A stretch of DNA of 64,000 bases. Origin: Trichosphaerium sp. ATCC 40318 (taxonomy: Eukaryota > Protista > Tubulinea). The DNA lies in NCBI GenBank assembly GCA_038496445.1, contig JALMLS010000097.1:157762-221761 (forward strand), given 5' to 3'. Shown piece by piece: positions 41,989-54,300 of this stretch. A program made the translations under genes and the position numbers. Under the pieces are notes generated by a model. It ran no database searches and was not told where the DNA came from. It saw only the letters and a program-made list of their open reading frames with translations. Numbering within the stretch: the stretch's first letter is position 1; the number at the start of each line of letters is the position of its first letter.

Positions 41989-43592
41989 TTATAGATGGTA
42001 TCGTGCGCCTTGGTATTGATTGGCTTGAGCTGTTGCAAGCTTTTTCTTCTCGGCTTTGAAAAGAACCTTTGTTTCTTTCTTTCGGATGCGGCTAGCCTAT
42101 GCAAAGTATGAGGCCACAATATTTTTGTGGATGGGAAAAGTTGTACCTTTCGTTGTTCTTTAACAAGGCGTTTACGTGCTCGCTTCTCCTCTGGTGTCTC
42201 ATTTCGTGAACGTGTTGGCGGTTGCTTCTTGGCAGCAGGCTTTGCTTGCCTTTGTTTTTGAGAACTGGTACGTGGCATTGCGTTCTGAAGTGTAACAATT
42301 AGATCAAGCACACAAAACGCCACGTGAGCCTAGAGAAAAACCAGCCATACCTTTTTGGAGAGCGTAATTCTTTTAAAGCCTGGTTCGGTAAGAACTCCAG
42401 GATGATTGTCGAGGTTCGAGTATGTGGATAGTACAGACTGTGCATCCCATGTGTCTGTTCTATGCTGTATGTAGATTGTGTCTAGCTTCTCTGCGAGTTC
42501 CTCAGCATTATCTTCTTCTCCAGATGATACTGTCTCATCGTCATCCTCTATTTCCTCTTCCTTTTTGGCAGCTTCATCAGCGGCGTCTTCTTCTTCTTGA
42601 GAGTTTTCAGACGACGGTGTGTCCAATTCAAGTTTCTTTTGATCTTCAATAAACGCGTCCAGAGCGGATTCAAAAGCATTCGTTACATCCTCTGTTTCTT
42701 CTACCTCAGGAGGATCATAGAGTTGCTCGTCCAAGTCATCAAATTGTTGCATTTTCTATGGAGGGGATTGTCAACAAGTCATGTGTGTGATTGCCAAAAC
42801 GACGTACGACTTCAAGGCGCTGGTCATGTAACGTTAACGTTTCTGGAGTTGGCCTGGAATAGTCCACTTGTTTTGGTGCAGCTGGTTCCATACCTTCAGC
42901 ATAGTCGCCTCTCGCTTCTGCCACAAAAGCATCATTCAATCCACCAAACTCGCCTAAGGTTTCCGGGTTTGAATAGTCAGCGTTCAACGCATCCAAAATG
43001 TCCCTGTCAATAAACATTTCTTGATCTACACAGCAGTAATAAGCATTGTGGGCATTTAGCTCAGTGCAATAGCGGCGTATACAGTTCGTTTACAAGCTTT
43101 TTTGCAAACAATAAAAGGTACAATTCATAGTTTTTACGCTAAAAGCCATCAAACGTACCGCGCCAATGTGAAGGAACGCCTTCGGTGATAACTGGTTGAG
43201 AAATAAGGCTAGGGTCAATTTCAACCAATGGACTCTCAGCGGGTAGTTGCTTTCCCTTTTGGACGCGTTAAAATGGCGTAAAAGCGAATTACAGCAAATT
43301 ACATACATTTGCGTCAATGAAAACGCCGTGACTGCTCTCCCCGATTGGCTTTAAGTGTTGTTCGTAGTCATACCAGTCGTCATAGCGCTAACGGTAGAGT
43401 GTGAAAAGGGAAAAAAACATGAAAAGCGCTTACATTGGCTGTTTGAGAGTCTGCTGGAACCAATACATTGTCTGGTACGCCTTGTTCGTTTTTTAAAGGA
43501 TCAGTATTGCCTCTAGGCATCACATGGAATGTAACTGCATTTTTTTTGTTAATCCACCCTTTTTTGCCTGTCTTCTTCCTGTGGCTTGACAT
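41989..43592 (-). CDS. LTV1: Pre-40S assembly factor LTV1
   Basis: WINKKNAVTFHVMPRGNTDPL, YDYEQHLKPIG, WDAQSVLSTYSNLDNHP and ETPEEKRARKRLVKEQRK. Confidence 0.92.
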
Positions 43593-43742
43593 TTTGTAAT
43601 TTAGATAATAAGATTTGTAGTGACCAAACGCACAAAAAAGTAAATCTAATTTTCAAGCACTCACACACTTGCTACTCGCGTACTGATGCATAGTGATAGA
43701 AACGGACGGTACCAATTAGCGTAATACGCACTTATCCTTGAC

Positions 43743-44799
43743 ATGGACGTTTAGAGACAACGGACGGAGGCCTTATAGGTCAGAGAGGGATTCGAGAGGC
43801 TCTACGCGTTCTGGTACTGTTGTAAAAATTTGTATTTGTTTTAACACGCGCTGTAGATCGCAGGGATGATAGAAGAAATGACACAAGGTCTAATGGACGT
43901 CACAGTCCTCCTAGGTTAGAAACATTTCTACTTGTAACGTTAACGCGTTTTAGACGCTCAGGACCTATAAGAGACAGAGGCGATAACTCGAGGTCATCAT
44001 ACAGATCAGCTCCATACAACCGTGACGACCGTGACAGAAACAAGAGACGAGGTAACCAATCACAACAAATCAACGCCTCTGACACGTTATCGCAGGAGGT
44101 GATCGTGATTTAAGGCGTGACAATACTAGAGGGCAAAGAGATTTTCGGTCCAGGCCTGACAGGGGCTTCCGCGCTCGTCGTGATAACAGAGATTCCGCGC
44201 GGTACAAAACATCTGTCTACTTGGCGTCTAACTTACATTGCACAGGCGAGGAGGTAGAGGCAGAGACGGACAGCGCGTATTATACAATGAGGCACTAATC
44301 TATCCCTTTATTACAAACTGATTGGTTGTCGCTCACATTTGTTGTTAGCATGATGATAGGGATGGTCCACAAGGTAGACGGCCACAGCATAATGATCGCT
44401 ATAGAGGACAGAAGCGAGGGTTTAGAGGAGGGGATAGGTTCGTATTGTCATGACGCGGTTTGCATCAAACTGAGCATGTAACATAGGTACAGAATGGCTC
44501 CAGGTCGGCTTAGAGATGGTCAAGACGCATCTTGGGGCCACGACAAATTTGATGGCATTGGCACCAACACAGGACCTCCGCAATCACGTCGAAAAAAACA
44601 ACCACAATACAGCAAACTAACACAAATGTTGCTATCTTCTCAGGACATTCCAATGGATGACCAAGAACCCACGGATACACAAGAGACAGACACAACCAAA
44701 GACACAGACAATGAACAGACCGAAAAACAGTCGAAATCTACAGAAGCTGCCGAAGTAGAAAATGAGGGAGGTGACGATACAACACAAACTGGAGAGTAG
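43743..44799 (+). CDS. Arg/Asp/Gly-rich low-complexity protein with a Btz-like WGHDKF motif (putative mRNP factor)
   Basis: RD/RG-rich exons, HDDR and SWGHDKFD motifs, acidic tail. Confidence 0.55.
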
Positions 44800-44951
44800 C
44801 TAGCTCCATTAAAACTTGCAATATATGCGTTTTCTTTTTATACAGCAACGCCTTGTTTTTTTTGGGGTTGGCGGAGGTGTGTTGGCTGTAACAAAATTAA
44901 AGTAAATAGAACCCCTTTCTAAATTACAATTGTTTCTTTTATTTCAAAATG

Positions 44952-46971
44952 TTACAGGTAGGATGGCGCCATAAGAACTCGGCAAGTATCTAGATATGAC
45001 AATTAGTATCATTTATCATTTCATTTGCAGAAATCCATGTTTGTCCGCACCTGTCTCGTGACTCAATTGTGGCGGTTTCCAAGAAAGGAGCGGTTGTACA
45101 CCACGTGGAACGTTAATTGGGACAGTAGGTACAAAATACTTTATTGTGGCTGCAAGCGTAGCAACGTCACCTTTCCACCTGTTTGTGACAAGGGTTAGAT
45201 CAACTTCAAAAAAAAGATTTATGCTGTTCAGTGTACCAATAAGGAATCTGCACTAGCAGAATACCAGCATCGCTGCACACTTGCGATTTCTCGCTCTCAG
45301 TGTACCTTGATAGGGGTAGCGGGTGGCTACGAATATTATCGTGGTAGTGTTGCTCTCCTACAACCATTAAAGTCACTGCAATTCACAGAGTAAACAATGG
45401 CTAAAGTACCTTGATACTCAACGGCCAGTGCTAATTCAGGAATGAACACATCAACAGTCATGTTCGCCATTGTTTTGGTCGAGAATCTTGCGCCAACTTG
45501 ATGCTCTTCTTGTATAGAGTATGTGGGCAATAGTTGCTTTATGCCCAGTACTAGCCACCTGGAAGAAGTTACTAAAATCTACTAGAGCTTTTTGAAGAGC
45601 AAAGAATAAACAAACCTTTGTTCAGCTCGTTTGCTCTTTAGGTAAAAGTTGTTCCACTTCCAGTTGAATGTCGGATCAAGCAACTGAAGCGCTTGGGGGA
45701 AGTAATTGAGCAATCCACTACCACCCATATCCACAATCTGCTTTTTAGATACACGATACCAACCTTGATGTTCTCGTATTTGCAAGTGGTCTGTTGCTCT
45801 TTGCAAGAATTGTAGTTTGTTGATGTCTCTCTTCCAGAATCCGTACTCGACACGAACAGGTCTAGGTGGAAACCCCCACTTGTGCTCAGGGTACACTGTT
45901 TCAAGTAGAGTAGCGACTGAGTATTTATACCTTGAAGGAGTGAGCCAGTAATCCAAAACAATCACAATCGTACACCGCCACTATCCCTGCACATCCCTTA
46001 AGCGACAGCGTCTTGGCTGTAATGTTTCGCCAGTCATCCAATATCTTGATGTTATGTTCGCTTGCAAATATTTCCATACGTGCACGCTGGTTGTCTCGGT
46101 ATTCCCAGTACTTCATAGGGGCCGTTCTAGAAAACCATGATTACTGTCAATAAAGCAAACGAATAACAAAAAACATTTCACGCACTTGAACTGCCAATCC
46201 ACCCATTTATATTCTGGGTACACAAAGTGTAACACCTTGCTAACGGACCCTAAGAACCTTAAAAGTACTGGTGAGTTAACGGCTGGACAAAACCATGGGT
46301 TTCCCCTGTGTCTATATTTTAGAACTTACCGTTGAAGCATCCCAGCTGCACCAACTTCAAAAAAGTCCTTACTGCTTACATTGTACCAATCATCCATGTG
46401 TTTCACTCCTAGTTCACGTGCGTATTTGCCAAAAGCACGCTTTTGATTTATGACTTGGTCCCAAAAGCCCATTGGCACCTTGCTACCCCACAAGTTCAAT
46501 CAGTTTTTTTTTGAAAACATCAATTGCAAATACTCGAAATATCTCCTACCTGAACCTCCATGTCGCGAATTTGTATTTTGGATAGATCACATTCAAGGCA
46601 GCCGATATTGAACCTCGGAATCTTATGTTCTGTTAGCTCGTTTTTTGACACGAAAACCTTTTACATAACGTGTGTCACGTTTTGTCTATGATGACATACC
46701 TTGACATTAAAGATGCTCCACCAATATCATGTACATCGCGCCACGTAACAGCGTACCAATCGTCCATTGTAAATATACATAATTCAGGAGCCAATGTATA
46801 CTCAAAATACGCCTCGTACAGGGCTACATTCACCAACGTTGGGCTTGGGCTCATTCGCTTGGCATTCGGTTTTGGAGCCTTGGCTTTCAACTCTAGCATT
46901 AATTTAGATGCGTTGTAGTACATTTTAGTGCCTTTGATGAAGGCGTTATGTTTAACAGCCCATTTTCGCAT
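44952..46971 (-). CDS. Tandem ~67-aa helical repeat protein with C-terminal PD-(D/E)xK (RAP/Vsr-like) nuclease-fold domain
   Basis: Four repeats DDWYAV..GGASLM / DDWYNV..GAAGML / DDWRNI..GCAGIV / QGWYRV..GGSGLL, then VDVFIPELALAVEYQGEQHY...K..VC..AGILLVQIPYWW. Confidence 0.75.
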
Positions 46972-47135
46972 GTCATGCCTTTTTACTCGTCTAAATACGC
47001 GTAAAGTACGCTATACACGTTAATTAACTATGTATAAACTGTTTCTGTTCAAATAGTATTGATGAAGGCTCTATACTCCTGAAATAGGAAGAAATCGAAG
47101 CTGTAGTGGTAGAGAATGGTGAGTACAGTTTTATT

Positions 47136-47663
47136 TTATGTTTTGGTCAGTTTTTTGGTGCGTGAAAATACTTGAACATGCCACACTCCAGGAACACTTC
47201 TACTTTCTTTACCGTGTCTGCACCACAACAATTCGCAAGTGTCACCAAGCTCCGATTGTAAAATTGCGTCTACAGTCTGTTTTTCTAACGTCGCTGTGGC
47301 CCACAATACATAGTGGCCAATTTCAGGCGAAACGGCGTACGGGAAGTCGTTTTTGGTTAACCGCCACAAAGAGTCTCTATCATTCACCGTGCAACCTTTA
47401 ATACTATGTAGAGATTTCGAACTAGCGTTTAGAATCTTGTCAAGTACAAACGCGTTAATATCATCGTGTGTCTTGCGTAGCTGCTTTATTTGTTCCTTGT
47501 ACGCTGCTGTTACGTCTGGGTGACGCCCAATTTTGGCCATCCAATGATTATCGAGTGCCACTTTTACCTGCTCCCAACTTCGATACTGTTTATTCTTTGT
47601 GTCATTGAAGAACGCTTCCCATTCTTCATCTTTTGCTTTTGGCCTGTGTTGTTGGTATTGCAT
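47136..47663 (-). CDS. DUF3605-family protein (intronless)
   Basis: SWEQVK, NDFPYAVSPEIGHYVLWA and RSVPGVWHVQVF. Confidence 0.75.
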   Translation of the reverse strand: MQYQQHRPKAKDEEWEAFFNDTKNKQYRSWEQVKVALDNHWMAKIGRHPDVTAAYKEQIKQLRKTHDDINAFVLDKILNASSKSLHSIKGCTVNDRDSLWRLTKNDFPYAVSPEIGHYVLWATATLEKQTVDAILQSELGDTCELLWCRHGKESRSVPGVWHVQVFSRTKKLTKT

Positions 47664-47906
47664 CCTTCAATCTGCTTTGAAAATGTCAACGTGGTCATTT
47701 CTTGTTTTCCAAATATGTCAACGTTTAATCCATTGTGACAACCACGTGGTCAAGTTTTATTTTACAAACAGACAATGACATCAAAAGAACGTCATCGTCA
47801 GCGGATTTACCAAATGGCACATGGAGTTATGTTTCTTTGATACAAACAAGTTTTTTCTCATTTTTTTTTTTTAAAGGTTTCGGTTTTTTTTCTGTTTGGT
47901 TGCCAT

Positions 47907-49855
47907 TTAGTTTTCGTCCATTGCAGTATCATCATCATCGTTGTCTCCTTCATCTCCTGCTGCAGGAGGTTTCTTATCTGTAGTAGCATTCTCCATAGCC
48001 TCTTTTTCTTGTTGTTCTTTGACAGCTTGTTCTTGCCAATCCTCACCGCCTTCATACTTGCCAAAGCGGCTCTTAACCGAGTTGTGACTGAATAAATCAA
48101 CAACGCGAGGTTGTGGCCAATTTTCTCCCATGACAACAGTACCACACGCCAAGATACCGAATAAATCAGGGCAAAACGACAAGGACAATACAGGTCCCTA
48201 ATGGAACATGTTAAACGTCTAGACTTAATATTAATTGGTGAGCATTGAACGTACCAATTTCTCAGAACGCTTAAAGACAAGCGCAGGCTTCGATAAATCA
48301 TCCAGATCGAACACCTTCATAGGTGCCTTGTCATCCATTGATCTACTACCAGTAGCAATAATTGTTGGAATATGTGGATGTAATGCGACATCAGTGAGGT
48401 CCTAGTTAAAATAAATATTGGATTCTTCAATTTTGACACTTTTGGTTTTTTAAATCTTTTAGCTTTGAAAAACACTCTCGACGTACACCTGGATGTGCTT
48501 TGAATGTATTCAAAGGCTTAACTGCTGTACGGACATCGTATATGCAAATATAACCGGTATCTGTACCACACAAGAGAATGTTTGGCTTGCCGAATAGCCA
48601 ATGAACGACTTCAACATCTGCATTCACGTTATATATTTGTCCTGGTTTATCAGCACGGACATCCCATACTGCCAGTGTCTTATCATAAGATCCAGTGGCC
48701 TATTAAATAATGTAAGCACGAAAAAAAAATAGGACGATAACTCTAGAGAAACAAAAAAAAAAAAGAACGTACCATTACGGAGCTGTCAGAAAGATGCCAT
48801 TCAACATCTGACACCTCTTGTTGGTGGTGTGTGAATGTCTTAACACATGTAGCAGTCATCAAATCCCACAATTTAATATTTGTATCAGCAGAAGCACTGG
48901 CAAGTACGTTTCTTTGTAATTTATTCCAAGATAGACCAATGACAGCTTCAGTGTGACTGTCGTCTTTAAGTAAGTCAGGATCATTTGGACGTTCTGGTCC
49001 ACCGAGTGTAGCAAATGGAGAAGGTGCGTCCATGACATCCAAGTTCCAAAGTTCTACACCTGGCTCCATGGTTGCCACTGCGCAGAAGTTTCCTTTTTGT
49101 ACGTTCGCTACTGTGTCCAGATATTCAATCGCGTTCGGAAAGGACACCATATCGTAGTAGTGATGAACGTATTGATTGTCTTGTTCTGGTTCAACAAGCA
49201 CAACATCCACGTGACTCATTTGTTCATCTTTTTACAAACAAAGTGTAAGTGCGTTGAAACGAACTGTATTTTAGTTGTACTAACCAGCAGCACCAACCAA
49301 GAGAGCTGTATCTGATGGTAAAATCATGTCCTCTTCGAGGTCCATTTCTTCAATCTGTGTTTTGCCTTTTGGTTAACAAACAACGTGTGCGTAATAAAAT
49401 TAATTAAAATAGCTCGTTTTACGTACGGCTACGCTCAGTTGTGTCTCATCTATGTCTAGAGCATTGGTTAGTGTGGGGTTTTTTTTTTTGTTTGTACAAG
49501 CTCTGTTTTTACGTACATGTTGTAGGGTTACCATGCTTATCTTTGCCGGGTTCAGTAATACCCACCTGACCACTCGCTTCAGCTCTAAAAAACAAATTAA
49601 CGCACTAGACATCAATACGCAGTCGTACCCTTTGGCGATCTCCTCTGCGGTTCCGCTATTGAATCTGAAAAGAATTTAGATGAGAATGGCAGAAGAAATA
49701 AAGGATTTTTAACGTAATAACGCCACTACTACGTCGAATATTATATAAAAGCGTAAAAACAAACTATCTGAACAATAATATAATCTGAACATTTTCTACC
49801 TTTTTGGATGCCCTTCAAGGGTGTCACAGGGTACCCAGCACAACGAGGTGATCAT
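47907..49855 (-). CDS. PWP1: Periodic tryptophan protein 1 (WD40)
   Basis: MITSLCWVP, YVHHY, GNFCAVATMEPGVELWNLDVMD and SHTEAVIGLSWNKLQRNVLASASADTNIKLWDL. Confidence 0.9.
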
Positions 49856-49933
49856 TTTGGAGTTTTTTAGAGGCTTTTCACAACCAATCGCTTAATCGTT
49901 TTCTCATTAAGGCACTACATCAACTAGTTACAT

Positions 49934-50214
49934 TCTTGTTGGTATCAGTCGCTGTTTGCTGTGCTTGTCTATAACTTTCGGAAACCCTTTGCAATAGTGC
50001 TAGGTGGTTGACCCTAGTACGAAAGTGCAAGAGCTCAAAGAGAATCTCAGACTGTTTGTCTATCTAATGCACGTGACAGTATCGCATCCTGCCACTAAAC
50101 CACGCACTTCGTAGTATTGCAATGTGATTATTTACGTCACGTGTCATTGCCCTATTCAAAGCAATACTCTAGTCAACATTGAGAAGCTAAATTGATATCA
50201 GGCAAGACTCTTTT
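49934..50214 (+). ncRNA. Candidate structured ncRNA (~280 nt) of unknown class
   Basis: 16-bp terminal helix 49934-49949/50191-50207 plus internal helices; non-Watson-Crick pairs are G-U on the + strand; TTTT at 50211-50214; no ORF. Confidence 0.5.
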
Positions 50215-50417
50215 AGAACACGTGCTAGTCTTAACCTGCTGTTCAATTAATATACCTGACTTTTCACAATACAATACACACTCTCGTGTTAGAGCGAATA
50301 TCAAGGCAAGATATCAAAACAAAGCTCGTGGTAAGCCACATAAGCCACAAGCGTCGCATGTTAAGGCACTTAGTCACTGCATTTATTTACTATTTCATAC
50401 AGATCAATACACCAGTT

Positions 50418-51231
50418 ATGGGTAATAAACCAGCAAAAGGAGCTTCCAAAGGAGAATTGAAGACTCTCTTAAAAAATACAAACTTTGATAAAAATGAGCT
50501 GTCTGCGATAATGGATGAGTTTAAACGTATGGATACTGATAACTCTGGGGACTTGGACAAAGGTAAAGATACCCATTTTGTCAGACCTTTAATTTAAATT
50601 ACTTTCCTAGCCGAATTTACAACGCTAATAATGGGTCACATCAAGAATTGCTCTAAGGAAACAGCCGAAAAGCTCTTTGGGGTAAGTCGCAACGTTAAAA
50701 ATGCCGTTTAATGAACTAAATAGAACTTCGACGCTGATGGCGACGGTACAGTGTCTTTTAAAGGTAAGAAAAGCATAGAATAGAATTCTCAGTTACTAAA
50801 GAGATGTAGAACTGGCCACATCGCTCTCAGTCGTTGGAAAGGGTGACGCAAAAGACAAACTAGAGTTTATGTACGTTGAAATGCCTAAATAAAGGTTTTG
50901 TTTGGTGAACTCTAAATCTTTTATTTCACAGGTTTGATCTTTTTGACGCTGACAACAGCGGTACACTCGATGAAACTGAAGCCAAACACATAACAAACCA
51001 AATGAAAGCTGTGGCAATGGGTACACACTACAAATCTAGTAGAGCCACCCATTTTGACATTTTGGTTTTTAAGGACTGGGCAGGTCAGAAGCCGGTGCTG
51101 AGGCGTTTATCAAAGCGTTACTAGGAAAAGTAGACAAGGACGGTGATGGTGACATCACAAAGAAGGAGTGGGTCGACGGTGGATTGGGTACTCCTTCCCT
51201 ACTCGTGTTATTGGGCGCTAGTAGCTACTAG
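50418..51231 (+). CDS. Myristoylated 4-EF-hand protein (NCS/calcineurin-B-like)
   Basis: MGNK start; EF loops DTDNSGDLDKAE, DADGDGTVSFKE, DADNSGTLDETE and DKDGDGDITKKE. Confidence 0.88.
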
Positions 51232-51374
51232 ATATCCAACCACAATAAAGCCAAAAAAAAAAAACCAGGGCAACATAATGTACTGAACATGCGAAGGGAA
51301 AAATGAATTGGGTTTTTTTTTAAGGGATTGTTTGTTTGTATATACAATTTACAAAGTGTACATTATTGTTTTTT

Positions 51375-54300
51375 TCATTCCGTGTTTTTGATGCCTTGGT
51401 TCACAGCAATACTATTGCTGACGCTGATGAATAAGTTTTCAATTTGTGGTGCACAGCGTGTGAAACTCTGTCGCCAAAAGTTATAGCGAGGATTCTTTAT
51501 CAACTCAATGAACGTGATCAGCAATCCCCACGGATGAGGTCGGTGAACAATCAGCCGTTCTACAAGCACACGTGTCACTTGCTCTTGTATTATTGCTAAA
51601 GAAAAGGCGAGTCAGTCCATTTCATATTTACCAAGTACCAAGTCAAAAAAGGAATTGTTAGCTGGTGCTGTACGTACATTGATTGGCTTCAGAGAAGAGA
51701 TACAAGAGTACGCAACTAAAGTAGTGCGTGTGGTTGTTTGGATAGCGCAGCTGATTCGCAATGGCATTCAAGAAGAGGTAGCGTCCTTCAGTGTCGAGAT
51801 CATGTGCCAGTGTACGGAATACGTCCATTGGGGCTTGAGGAGACACTTCTGGGTTCTGAGTGGCGGCAGCTTCTATAGCCTTTCGTCCAATGTACAACAC
51901 CAAAGAATTTATCAATGTGACATTGTAGGATGTACCACGTCGTTTAATCTCAGCATCCGATACATCTACAAGTCTCAATTGGGATGGCAATGTATGATGC
52001 CAGTCCTGAGGTCTTCCAGTTCTCAAGAAAGTATCAAGAGGTTGCTTCAATGCGCCCAAAGCACGAGTGAAATCGGAAAGAATCTTTGGTCTTTCTTTAA
52101 TCTCAGGCAACAAATCCACCTTCAAATTAGGCGTGAATGGGTCTGGTAGACGCATCGATCTAGGGAACGCTGAAAGGATAAGGTTGCGCATCTGTATACA
52201 AGAAGGAGGAATGTGGTTGCAGAAGCTGAAGTGATAGTCGCACAAGAACTCTGGGAAATCATGCAACAACACCAACAGTACCCTAATCAAAAAAACTTAG
52301 TACAAAACGAGTATCAGATAGAGACTGTTTAAAACGCACCTCAAAGTGCCCTTGTACAGTAGACGGATTGGTGGTGTGAGATTGGCGGTACGCAAGAACG
52401 GCTCGAGGAATGTGAACAATTCGACAAGTAGGAGCTGCATGGTTGTCCAGCCTTGTTCGTTGAGCAACAACTTTGGCATAAACATCCGGTGAGATACGAG
52501 TTCAAGCCAAGCCAACGCAAATGCTGGGTAGTCAGATGGTCTGAAGGTCTTGAACATCTCAGCAAACTGTATGAGGATGTGAAAGTGGTACATCTCAAGT
52601 GCTGGATCAGGTGCATGGCACTCTGCAAGTACGCCCTTTTGGAAAATGTGAGTCCGCGACATAAAAAGGAAATACAAAACGTGAATAAACTTGTGATATG
52701 TGAACGTACAGCAATGAGTCTAAAGTAAGGCCGTTGATTGAATTTAAGACCATTGTCACTTGCTCTGTAGTCGGCTTCCATGACTTCTGAAATAACACCA
52801 AGAATACGTTGTACCAAAGCTGGTTTTTCAGGGTAATATTTGATCAATAAAAAGACCAGTTTGGCAAACGCATCTACTGCCGCGTACGATCTAGTTGGTC
52901 GATCGTTACCGTTGGTTGAAGGGAATCCACCAGCATAAGCGTTGGCTTCCTTTTCAGCCTCGAAATAATAGCCAATAGCAAGCTTGAGAAAAGAATTAGT
53001 TTGAAGGCCCATGTGCACATTGTCGTTCATGTAAGTACCTCAGTGCACAAACGGTAAAAAGTAACTTCAGTCTTGTTCGTGCCGCCATAGCCGTAATAGC
53101 CACGGTTTTGTAACTTGTGTAGATACTCCAAATGTACTTTGGCATTGGCGCTGTTAGAGATTACGCACCACTCTTCAAAGATGGCCTTGACCTTAGGATC
53201 GACAGTGCGTCCAAACTTGTTGTTGACACTAGCCACCTTCACTTTTTCAAGAAGACCACGAACAGACTCGAATACTGCTCCCTTGTTTTGCTCTGCAATC
53301 TTTGACAATGCGATCAACGTCTCTGGTATATCAATGCGGTGAATGTCTCCGTTCTGCAATAAGTTCTTGGCTGTAAGAAAAAAAGAAAGTTAGCGCTCAG
53401 ATACACTACAAGGAGTTGCGCACTTATTATGAACTTTAGGGAGTCCAACAATACCAGGTTTTGTCCTTCTGGTTTTTGTCCAGCCTCTAGGATGTTTACA
53501 ATGTAAGCATCAACGCGTGGCATATTGAGCAGTCTGTGCGATATGAGGCCAGATAGGATTCTAGCATCCCACTTGGTGCCAGCCTCGGAGGTGATGAACC
53601 ATTTCGTAATTTCGACTCTATTCTTTGGAACGAGCATTGTCAAGCCTTCCAGGATGGCAAGGAATGTTCCACGTCGTAGCTTCTCTTCTGTCTTCAATAT
53701 AGAATTAAAAATGTCCTTGGATAGCTTCATAGACAATTCACCAGAGTTGGATGAAAGAGAAACAAGGGCAGGTACGTGGGCGATCTATTAAAAAACGGTC
53801 GTAAGCATTTTTCTCATCTAAAATTTGAGTGTTCTTTCCAAAGGACGTACATGCTTGATGATGATGTGATCTGGAGGTAAGTTCTCAATGGTGGTAACAT
53901 CATCGGTTTGCGAGTTTATGGCGTGCTGTAGCTCCGTCATTACCTTTGCGATAGCTTCCATAATTTCTTGACGAGAACGTTGTTGTGGGCCATTACGCCA
54001 ATCACCAGCACTGCCACCGCTACGATAGTAGGATGGCTCTTGACGACCTGGTGGGTTCGATGGTGGCACACCAAGGTTTTCAAAGTCTTCATAGACGGCG
54101 CGTTGTTGAGGTAGGGTTCCACCAACACGCGGTTGAAGTTGGTCAGGTAAAGCAGAAGGATACCGACCAGAGAAGAAGTAAATGTCCACATAAGGTCCAA
54201 GTCCTTGTCCTAAACCAGCACGCTCTCTGTGATTTCTTCTAGCGAGAACGGCAGGATGTAGTGCTTCGTTGATTTCTTGCATGGCTCTGGACGTGGCGGC

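Noticed and set aside
49966-50005. U3 snoRNA, group I intron, RNase P/MRP or SRP identity for the structured RNA
   Set aside because: Box A GGAUCAUUUC and terminal box D are missing; there is no coherent P/Q/R/S set, no valid P4 pseudoknot and no SRP helix-8 motif.
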